From positions 1,472,001 to 1,536,000 of the forward strand of contig OZ218778.1 in assembly GCA_965112635.1 (NCBI GenBank): a stretch of 64,000 bases of DNA, given 5' to 3'. The notes below the pieces were generated by a model. It searched no databases, was not told the origin of the DNA, and saw only the letters and a program-made list of their open reading frames with translations. A program made the position numbers and the translations under genes. The stretch's first letter is position 1. Each line of letters begins with the position of its first letter. Shown here piece after piece: positions 9,752 through 18,216 of the stretch. Origin of the DNA: an uncultured bacterium. Its GTDB lineage: Bacteria; Oederibacteriota; Oederibacteriia; Oederibacteriales; Oederibacteriaceae.

Positions 9752-10948
9752 GTGATGAACCCAGGCCAGTTAGTTGGCAGCATTTGCTTTGTTCTGGTGA
9801 TCGTTGGTTTTTTTTGGTTGATCGGCCATAGATCGCGCCGCGTGGTGCAGGTCTCGGATGAGCCGGGACTGCGCAAAGCCATCGAGCTTGTCCGCAACGG
9901 GGATGAGATCGCTTTGGCTGATGGCGTTTATCAGATCAAGAATTACCTAGGGCTGAAGCACGCGAAAAACATCATTCTCAGGAGCACCTCTCGAGACCCC
10001 CAAAAAGTCATTCTTCGGGGTTCAGGATTTTTTAAGGACGGCCAACCCCAGGATTCATTTATCCTTCTGATCCAGGGTTGCACCAATGTGACGGTCGAAG
10101 GACTGACTTTTGAGGAGGCGCGCAGTTTCGGAATCAAGATCGAAGCGGAGAGCAGGCCGAAAAATATCAACATCCTGAACTGCCGATTTTTCAACATCGG
10201 GATCAGGCATGTCAAGGGAACTTCCTCTCCCAAACATGAGATGGCGGTGGGCGGATGTGTCAGGAATTGTTATTTTGAGAACACCAAAGTCCCTCTAAGC
10301 AATTGGATCTATGAAGGCAATTATATTTCCGCGATCGATATGACCTGCCTGGAGGACTGGACCTTCAGCGACAACAAATTTGTCAATATTAAAGGCGCCA
10401 GCGGAGGGGGCAGGGCCGCGATTTTTATTTGGGTCGAGTCACGGAACATCGTGGTGAAGAGGAACGTCATCATCGGCTGTGACCGGGGGATCGCTTTGGG
10501 CAATCCCACGAATTCCTCCAGTTACGCGGACATCCATGTGTCAGAGGGGCTTTGCTGTAATAATTTTGTTTCGGACCAGGCGGACAGCGCCATTGAGCTA
10601 GCCTGGGTGCAGAACATTAAAGTGTATAACAACACCTGTTGGAGACCCGACGACCATGGCCGGGGAATCCGGTGTATCGAGCGTGTTCAGAACACCAGAC
10701 TTGCGAATAACCTTGTGAGGGGTAAACTGGAACTGGTCGAGGGGTGCGAGGGAACCCATAATTGTGTCCATGCGGCCAAGGAATATTTTGTTCAACCTGA
10801 GCAAGGAGACCTTCACCTGACCTCGTTGGCTGAAGGTGCTCTGGGTAAGGGGATCAGCCTTCCAGAGGTCAAAGATGATATCGATAAGTTTCCCAGAAAA
10901 CAGGTTCCTGACATCGGCGCTGCCGAATATTACCCGGTAAGAAACTAA
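9752..10948 (+). CDS. Right-handed parallel beta-helix protein, copy 3
   Basis: Colinear paralog of the two upstream genes with the same motifs. Confidence 0.8.
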   Translation: MMNPGQLVGSICFVLVIVGFFWLIGHRSRRVVQVSDEPGLRKAIELVRNGDEIALADGVYQIKNYLGLKHAKNIILRSTSRDPQKVILRGSGFFKDGQPQDSFILLIQGCTNVTVEGLTFEEARSFGIKIEAESRPKNINILNCRFFNIGIRHVKGTSSPKHEMAVGGCVRNCYFENTKVPLSNWIYEGNYISAIDMTCLEDWTFSDNKFVNIKGASGGGRAAIFIWVESRNIVVKRNVIIGCDRGIALGNPTNSSSYADIHVSEGLCCNNFVSDQADSAIELAWVQNIKVYNNTCWRPDDHGRGIRCIERVQNTRLANNLVRGKLELVEGCEGTHNCVHAAKEYFVQPEQGDLHLTSLAEGALGKGISLPEVKDDIDKFPRKQVPDIGAAEYYPVRN

Positions 10949-10974
10949 AGGTTTTTATGTATTGATGGGGAAAA

Positions 10975-12463
10975 ATGGCTGAAAACAAAGGTATGAGGCT
11001 GGAAACCAGGCTGCAGCAGCGACTTATCCTGACGCCGATGATGCAGCAATCTCTTCAAATCTTGCAGTTGCCGGCCATGGAACTGGCGGAATATATCCAG
11101 GAGCAGATCACCGATAACCCTGTCTTGGAAACTGTGGAAGAAAAGGAAATAGAGGGCAGGGAGGACCGGGAGCGTGAAACTGCACAAGCACAGGATCCGG
11201 AAGAGTTCGTTCCATTAGCCGATTCCGAGAACGAGGTAGCCCAGGAGATCCGGCTGGACCAAACTTCACCCGGACAAGGGGTCAAGCTGGAAGAGTGGAG
11301 CCAGTATTTTGAAGAAACCAGCAGCGAGCCCTATTCTGAAAGCCGGGAGACCAGCAAGAGGAAGTTTTTTGAGAACACGATCACGGTCCAACCCACTTTG
11401 CAGGACCACCTTTTATGGCAGCTGCAACTTTTCTGCCGAACTGACGAGGAATTCGGGATCGGCGAGGAGCTGATCGGGAACATCAATGAGGACGGCTACT
11501 TGCAGGGTGTTGATCTGGAGGGAGTTGCCGCGTCTTTGGAGGTCGGCCTGGAAGCTGTCCAGGGTGTGTTGAAGTTGATACAGGGTTTTGAACCTACAGG
11601 CGTGGGAGCCAGGGACCTCAAGGAGTCCCTACTCATCCAGCTGGAAGCCAAGGGTTTAAAAGATTCTCCTGCCTATATGATTGTGGAAAATCATTTGGAA
11701 AGGTTCGAGAAGAAACATCTTGCCGAAATAAAGAAACAACTGAGTCTGTCAGAAATCCAGATGCAGGAGGCCTCCCACCTCATCAGTTCTTTAGAGCCCA
11801 AACCAGGCCTGGAGTTCGGCAAAGAGGTCCCCAAGTACGTGGTCCCGGATGTTCTAGTTGAAGAAATAAACGGAGAATTAAAGGTTTTTATCAATCAGGC
11901 AGGGGTCCCGCGGCTGAGATTGAGCCGGGCATACCGGAACCTTTTGCGGAAACAGGTCTTTGCGGACCCGGAAGAAAAGAAATACCTCGAACAAAAAGTC
12001 CAGGCGGCCATTTGGCTCATCAGGAACCTGGACCAACGCCAGCGGACGATCCATCGGGTCGCCGAAGCGTTAGTTTCGGCGCAGAGGGATTTTTTTAGAG
12101 AGGGCGTGGATTTTTTAAAGCCGCTTACCTTGAAGCAGATCGCGGCCGAACTGGGCCTGCATGAATCCACTCTCAGCAGGGTTTCCGTTAACAAGTATCT
12201 GCAATGTCAGCCATGGGGTTTTTGAGCTCAAGTACTTTTTTACAAGCGGCATCAAGACCATGACGGGCGGATTGGCCTCTTCCTCCAGCATCAAAGCTTT
12301 GATCAAGGGGTTGATCTCGGAAGAACCTCATGACAAACCTTTGAGTGACCAGATGATTACTCAGATCTTGAGGGAGCAGGGTTACGAGATCGCCAGGAGG
12401 ACGGTCAGCAAATACAGGGAAGAGTCCCAGATCCCGCCAGCGCACCAGCGGAAAAAGGGTTGA
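10975..12463 (+). pseudogene. rpoN: RNA polymerase sigma-54 factor split by a +1 frameshift at about 12209 (ORFs 10975..12225 and 12161..12463)
   Basis: Region I (LQQRLILTPMMQQSLQILQLP), GVGARDLKESL and HTH LGLHESTLSR in frame 1; FELKYFF, PLSD and RpoN box ARRTVSKYRE in the +1 frame. May be a sequencing artefact rather than a true pseudogene. Confidence 0.9.
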
Positions 12464-12491
12464 GAGGCTGGGTTTGTATTTTTCTTAAGCG

Positions 12492-12521
12492 TTGACAGGA
12501 TAAATATCCCTGAATTATAAT
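12492..12521 (+). promoter_or_regulatory. Consensus sigma70 promoter for hpf-ptsN-hprK
   Basis: TTGACA-18 nt-TATAAT; spacer contains palindrome GGATA-AA-TATCC. Confidence 0.7.
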
Positions 12522-12546
12522 CATAGCGATCCAAAAAGGGAGTTTA

Positions 12547-12939
12547 ATGAAGATTCTAATCACAGGAAGACACTTTGAGATTACTCCTGCCTTGAGGGAA
12601 CACGTATGTCAGAAAGTCGAAAAGGCGAAGGAGTTTTTCCCCACCCTGAACCGTGTCCATGCTATTTTATGCGTTGAAAAATTTCGCCATAATGCCGAGG
12701 TCGTCATGTCCGGCAATGGCGTCAAGGTGAGCGGAGCGGCGACCAGCAAAAATATGTATACTTCCATCGACCAGGTCATGGAAAAGATCAAGCGGCAGGT
12801 CAAAGAAAGCCATAAAAAGAAAGTTACCATGAAATCGCGCCACCGGTTCTCGGTTTCCCTGCCAGGAGGTAGTTCGGCGGAGAGCGGGCTTACCTCTCTG
12901 GAATTAAGGCTGGATTCCAAGCCGGTCATAGCCAGATAA
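12547..12939 (+). CDS. raiA: Ribosome hibernation factor HPF/RaiA
   Basis: ITGRHFEITPALREHV, MYTSIDQVMEKIKRQV; follows rpoN. Confidence 0.92.
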   Translation: MKILITGRHFEITPALREHVCQKVEKAKEFFPTLNRVHAILCVEKFRHNAEVVMSGNGVKVSGAATSKNMYTSIDQVMEKIKRQVKESHKKKVTMKSRHRFSVSLPGGSSAESGLTSLELRLDSKPVIAR

Positions 12940-12958
12940 ATATTCGGAGGTTTGCGCC

Positions 12959-13420
12959 ATGAAAATAATGGATTTTTTGGTTCCCCAGGCCATCCAGGTC
13001 CAGGTTAAATCCAAGACCAAAAAAGAAGTCATTGAAGAGCTGGCCAACCTTTTATATAAAGCCGGCAAGATCACGGATTTAAAGAAAGTAGTGCAGGTTT
13101 TGATGGACCGGGAGGAGCTCGGCTCTACAGGCATCGGACAGGGGATCGCCATTCCTCACGGTAAATCCGACAGCGTCAAGGACCTGGTCGCAGCGTTCGG
13201 GTTTTCCAAAACCGGCATCAGTTTCGACGCGCTCGACGGAGCTCCCGTGCACCTGATCTTCCTTCTGGTCGCTCCCGAAGCCCAGGCCGGCGCCCACTTA
13301 AAGGCATTGGCCTGCATTTCCAGTTTTCTCAAGGACAAATATTTCCGCAACGCCCTTCTACAGTCCGCCACCCCCGAGGACGTGATCAAGGTCATCGAAG
13401 AAGAACAGAAAAGACATTAG
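12959..13420 (+). CDS. ptsN: PTS EIIA(Ntr/Fru)-family protein
   Basis: REELGSTGIGQGIAIPHGK, FDALDGAPVHLIFLL. Confidence 0.92.
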   Translation: MKIMDFLVPQAIQVQVKSKTKKEVIEELANLLYKAGKITDLKKVVQVLMDREELGSTGIGQGIAIPHGKSDSVKDLVAAFGFSKTGISFDALDGAPVHLIFLLVAPEAQAGAHLKALACISSFLKDKYFRNALLQSATPEDVIKVIEEEQKRH

Positions 13421-13425
13421 ACCGT

Positions 13426-14394
13426 ATGACCTCCCTCAGTGTTCAAGAGCTCTATAATGAGAAGAAGGAAGAGCTAAAACTCAAAATCCTGTGCGGTGAG
13501 TCCAGCTGCAAGGCGAGGAAGATCCCTGTCGCGGACGTCAACAGGCCCGGCCTCGCCATCGCCGGATTTTTCGACTATTTCGCCCACGAGCGGGTCCAAG
13601 TCCTCGGCCTGACCGAGATCACCTACATCAACCAGATCCCTAGCCCGCAACGAAAAAAACTATTCCAGAAGATCTTTTCTTACAAGATCCCCTGTTTTAT
13701 CGTGACCCGCAATATCTCGGTTCCCAAGGATTTTCTGGAAGTCGCCCGGCAAAGCAAGACACCCGTCCTGAGCACCGAGTTGATGACCACCAAATTTATC
13801 ATGGACCTGATCCTGCATCTAGAGGACAAGCTGGCCCCGGAAACCAGCGTGCATGGCGTGCTGGTGGATGTTTACGGCATTGGCGTACTGGTCCTCGGTA
13901 AAAGCGGTCTGGGAAAGAGCGAATGCGCCCTGGATCTGATCATGCGTGGGCACCGACTCGTTGCGGATGATGTGGTGGATATCAAACGCACCACTGAAAA
14001 GACCCTGATGGGGAGCGGCCCGGAGATCATCAAGTACCACATGGAGATCCGGGGCGTGGGGATCATCGATATCAAGAGCCTTTTTGGGACCCGGGCGGTC
14101 CGCGAGAAGATCCGCATCGAGCTAGTGGTTATGATCGAGGAGTGGGACGAGAAAAAACAGTACGACCGCCTGGGCCTGGAACAGCAGACCACCACATTCC
14201 TGGGCGAAACCCTGCCCCAGATCGTCCTTCCCATCCGGCCCGGCCGAAACATCGCTATTCTGGTCGAGATCGCCGCCATGAACGAGCGGCTCAAGAAGCT
14301 AGGCCACTTTACCGCCAGAGAGTTCAACCTCCGTCTGCTGGAACGCCTGCAGCGAGAAAATAAACAAAAAGGTGGCCAGGAGAGCGCTGTTTGA
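13426..14394 (+). CDS. hprK: HPr(Ser) kinase/phosphorylase
   Basis: NRPGL, HGVLVDVYGIGVL, Walker A GKSGLGKSE, LVADD, MEIRGVGIID, PGRNIA. Confidence 0.97.
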   Translation: MTSLSVQELYNEKKEELKLKILCGESSCKARKIPVADVNRPGLAIAGFFDYFAHERVQVLGLTEITYINQIPSPQRKKLFQKIFSYKIPCFIVTRNISVPKDFLEVARQSKTPVLSTELMTTKFIMDLILHLEDKLAPETSVHGVLVDVYGIGVLVLGKSGLGKSECALDLIMRGHRLVADDVVDIKRTTEKTLMGSGPEIIKYHMEIRGVGIIDIKSLFGTRAVREKIRIELVVMIEEWDEKKQYDRLGLEQQTTTFLGETLPQIVLPIRPGRNIAILVEIAAMNERLKKLGHFTAREFNLRLLERLQRENKQKGGQESAV

Positions 14395-15882
14395 AACGGT
14401 GGATGATCCGCGCCGGTTTAGGGTTGCTGCTCCTGACCCTGATCCGGCTTCTCTGTTTGAGGTCCCTAGCCCTTTTACCCGACGAAGCCTATTATTGGAC
14501 CTGGTCCCAGCATCTTGCTCTCAGCTATTATGACCATCCTCCGATGACCGCTTATCTTATCCGTTTCTTCGAACCTCTGGGAAGCTTCTGGAACCACCTT
14601 TCCGGCCTACCCGGGGATTTTCCCAGCGAATGGCCGGTCAGGGCCGCTTCCTTGCTGTTGTCCAGCCTGGCCACGCTCGTGATGATGGGGCTGAGCTGGA
14701 AGTTCAAACCGAGGACCAGTTCCATCTCCCTGGTCTTTTTCCTTTCCCAGTTCGTCCTGATCTTTGCTATCGGCGGGTTGATCATGACGCCGGACACGCC
14801 CATGATGTTCTTTTGGGTCTGTTCCCTGTACGCCTTATGGCAAGCCACGCATGCTTCGCCGAAGTGGTGGGGGGTCCTGGGATTCAGCCATGGGGCTGGG
14901 TTTTTTGTCCAAATACACCATGGCCTTTTTCCTCCTGGGTGCGGCCTTTTATCTACTGGCTTTTGGCAAAGGTAGGAAATGGCTGGCCACCAAAGGGCCG
15001 TATCTGTCTCTGGGAATATGCCTGGTCATTTTTCTGCCGGTCCTCTGGTGGAACCAAAGCAACCAGTGGATCTCCTTTCTCTACCAGTGGCGGCACGGCA
15101 CGGAAGCCGACCCCAACGCCGGGTGGAAGACCTTTGCTAATTTCCTCGGCGGACAGGCAGGCGTCATCACCCCGTTCGTTTTTCTTGCCCTGATTTTTTG
15201 CCTTATCCAGAACCTAAGGACCTATCTCAAAAAGCCCGAAGACAAGAACAGTTTTATCCTCAGTTTCAGCCTGCCTCTTCTAGCCTTTTTTAGCTTTACC
15301 AGTTTCAGGGGCAGGGTGGAAGCCAACTGGCCGGTATGCGCTTACCCCGTCCTGTTGATCGCGCTAGCCGATTCCTGGGGTACCCTCTGGTCCAAAGGCA
15401 ACGCTTTTCGGGGCAAAAGAACTTGGGCGTATTTAGTGCTGGGTTCGGCAATGGTGCTGACCATCTTAGTCCACTGGCTTGTCCTGGCCCCGCCGGAATG
15501 GCTTTCCCCGGAAAATCCAGTTCTAAAAAGACACTATGGCTGGAGGGAACTGGGGCAGGAAACCGGTCGATTGATTCAGCAGGACCCTTCTTTCGTTTTG
15601 GCGGCTGAAAGTTACCAAATCGGCAGCGAACTTTTATTTTATTCCCGCACCAAGCAACTGTTATTTTTGGGGGGATTGCCGGCGGTGCACCCCATCTTTG
15701 ATTGGCAACCGAAAACCTCATGGGTCGGCAAGGACGCCCTGCTGGTCATAGAAGGAGAACCTCCTTTTTGGGTCACTTCGCGGTTCGCGAAGATCCAGAA
15801 AAGTTTAGACCTCACTATTTTTAAAGGAAACAAAAAGGTCAGGGTTTTTTCTTTCTTCAGATGTTATAATTTCAAAGGTTAA
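14391..15882 (+). pseudogene. ArnT/PMT-like (GT39/GT83) membrane glycosyltransferase split by a +1 frameshift at about 14886 (ORFs 14391..14975 and 14851..15882)
   Basis: DEAYYWTWSQHLALSYYDHPP and TPDTP in first frame; GLGFLSKYT, FLPVLWWN, EANWP in +1 frame. May be a sequencing artefact. Confidence 0.85.
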
Positions 15883-15932
15883 GCACTTCGTTCCATCTTT
15901 TCTAGGCCTAACAGATGACGTGAGGGAGAGCG

Positions 15933-17207
15933 ATGTCTTTTTTTAAGATCTATCCGGGGATGCGGATGAAACGCTGGATCTTTCTCTTGATCCTAAGCGC
16001 GATCGTGCTGGCCATTGCCATGCGGGGATGCGCCGGCATTACGCTGAAGGAATTCAAGCTGGTCATAATTCCGGAAGCGTTCATGATGGATGTAGCCCAC
16101 CGGGTCCAGAGCTGGCGTTTCGTGGACTTTTTGCTCTTGATCCTAGGTCTGTGGGGGCTTTACCTGGCCATCGGGAGGATCATCCGCAATACCCAGATCT
16201 ATTATGCCCCGGAAAAGGATGATCGGGCCCTACCCTCTTTCCTGCGCAGGAATCAACTGCGCAAGGGACCCCGCATCGTAGCCTTCGGGGGCGGCACGGG
16301 ATTGCCGGCCCTTTTGCACGGACTGAAAGAATTTACCAGCAACATCACGGCCATTGTGACCGTGATGGACGACGGGGGGAGTTCGGGTCGCCTGAGGCGG
16401 GAGATGCACGTCCTGCCACCGGGGGATATCCGCAACTGCCTAGTGGCCCTGGCCGACGTCGAACCGTTGATGTCGGAGCTTTTCCAGCATCGCTTTAAAG
16501 GCAAGTCCGCTTTGACCGGCCACAGTTTTGGTAACCTCCTTATCGCGGCCTTATCCGATGTGACGGGTGATTTTGGACAGGCGGTCAAAGAATCCAGTAA
16601 GATCCTGGCCATCCGCGGCCAAGTCCTGCCGGTAACCCTGGAAAACGTCTCCCTACACGCCAGGCTAGTAGGCGGCAAGCTGGTCAAAGGCGAATCCAGT
16701 ATCACCAACTGGAAAGCCAAGGTGGACCGGGTGTTCTTAAAACCGGATAACTGCAAGCCCAGCCCGGAAGCCCTGGAAGCCATTTCCAAAGCCCAGGCCA
16801 TCATCATGGGGCCGGGCAGCCTCTACACCAGCATCCTACCCAATCTTTTAGTGCCAGGCATTGCCGACGCCATTGCCAGGGCCAGTGCCGTGAAGATCTA
16901 TGTGTGCAATATCATGACCCAGCCAGGCGAAACGACAGGGTATTCGGCCAGCGAACACGTGAGGAAAATCATCGAGCACACAGGGCGCAAGCTGATGGAT
17001 TACGTTGTGGTGAACTCAGAAAAGATCCCTGAGGCACTGCTTAAAAAGTACGCGTTGGATGGAGCCTATCCCGTTGACGAGACCGAAAGTGAACTGAAAA
17101 AACTAGGTGTATCCGTGATCAAGGCAAAGGTCCTGGCCGAAGGGGATTATGTCCGGCACGATCCTTTAAAGCTCGGCAGGACCATCATGAAGCAGGTCAT
17201 TATTTAA
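15933..17207 (+). CDS. yvcK: YvcK/GlmR (CofD-related) protein with N-terminal membrane domain
   Basis: GGGTGL, VTVMDDGGSSGRLR, PPGDIRNCL, GHSFGNL, GPGSLYTS, NIMTQPGET, RHDP. Confidence 0.95.
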   Translation: MSFFKIYPGMRMKRWIFLLILSAIVLAIAMRGCAGITLKEFKLVIIPEAFMMDVAHRVQSWRFVDFLLLILGLWGLYLAIGRIIRNTQIYYAPEKDDRALPSFLRRNQLRKGPRIVAFGGGTGLPALLHGLKEFTSNITAIVTVMDDGGSSGRLRREMHVLPPGDIRNCLVALADVEPLMSELFQHRFKGKSALTGHSFGNLLIAALSDVTGDFGQAVKESSKILAIRGQVLPVTLENVSLHARLVGGKLVKGESSITNWKAKVDRVFLKPDNCKPSPEALEAISKAQAIIMGPGSLYTSILPNLLVPGIADAIARASAVKIYVCNIMTQPGETTGYSASEHVRKIIEHTGRKLMDYVVVNSEKIPEALLKKYALDGAYPVDETESELKKLGVSVIKAKVLAEGDYVRHDPLKLGRTIMKQVII

Positions 17208-17266
17208 TTGCCGGTTAAGGAATTCTGCCAACCCAGGTTTTAGCACAAACCAAGAAGGAGCATGCG

Positions 17267-17650
17267 TTGATAGGTTTGATCGTGGTCAGTCACGGTAATT
17301 TTGGACTAGAACTTCTTAAGACGGCTGAGTTGATCCTGGGTCCACAAAAAAATGCGGTGGCGCTGGCATTCACCAGCCAGGACCGCAAAGAGGACCTGAT
17401 CAAGAGGATTCAGGAGAAGATTGAGTCGATAGCAGGGGACAAGGGGGTTTTGATCCTCGTGGACATGTTCGGGGCGAGCCCGCACCAAGCCAGCTTGCTG
17501 GCAGAAACGAAAAAGACTGTCAAGATCCTGACCGGGGTCAACCTCCCCATGATCATCGAGTTCTGCCTCAAGAGAGAGCAGTTGACACTTGATCCCCTGG
17601 TGCAGACCGTGATCCATGCCGGCCAGACCGGTATACGGGAAGGAGTCTAG
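17267..17650 (+). CDS. Mannose-family PTS EIIA
   Basis: IVVSHG (phospho-His), LVDMFGASP, TGVNLPMI. Confidence 0.92.
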   Translation: MIGLIVVSHGNFGLELLKTAELILGPQKNAVALAFTSQDRKEDLIKRIQEKIESIAGDKGVLILVDMFGASPHQASLLAETKKTVKILTGVNLPMIIEFCLKREQLTLDPLVQTVIHAGQTGIREGV

Positions 17651-17652
17651 CG

Positions 17653-18165
17653 ATGGTCGTATTGGCCCGTATTGACGACCGGCTCATCCACGGTCAGGTC
17701 GTGGTCGGGTGGGTCAAGACCCTGGGGGCTGATCACCTGGTCATCGTGTCCGACGAGATAGCCCGCGACGATAAACAAAAGAAATTGTATGAAATGGTGG
17801 TGCCGTCCCATTTAAAAGTCTCTTTCCTGGATTTTGCGAATGCTGCGCAGTGGCTCAATTCGGTCTATTCTGAAAAGGACCGAGTCATCCTTTTGTTTTC
17901 GCGCCCGAGAGATGTCGTTTCATTGCTAAATAAAAAGTGCAAATTGTCCAAGGTCAACGTGGGCGGTATGCACTACGTGGTCGGCAAAAAAGAGATCTAT
18001 AAATCCGTGTTCGTGGACGATGAGGACGTCGACTGCCTGAAAGATATCGCCTCCAGGAAGATCGTCCTGGAAGCTCAGGCCGCGGCCAGCGACGAACCGG
18101 TCGATATCATCAAGCACTTGGGATGGCAAATCGAGCCCCAGACAGGACCCAAGAAACCCTCTTGA
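17653..18165 (+). CDS. Mannose-family PTS EIIB
   Basis: RIDDRLIHGQV, VNVGGMH. Confidence 0.95.
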   Translation: MVVLARIDDRLIHGQVVVGWVKTLGADHLVIVSDEIARDDKQKKLYEMVVPSHLKVSFLDFANAAQWLNSVYSEKDRVILLFSRPRDVVSLLNKKCKLSKVNVGGMHYVVGKKEIYKSVFVDDEDVDCLKDIASRKIVLEAQAAASDEPVDIIKHLGWQIEPQTGPKKPS

Positions 18166-18216
18166 AATAAAAGAGGACGAGCTAGCCCGGGAACAGGGTG
18201 GGAAGGAAGAAGTTAT

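Noticed and set aside
12840-12939. Frameshift removing the long-HPF C-terminal domain
   Set aside because: No remnant in other frames; ptsN starts 20 nt later, so this is just a short HPF with a tail
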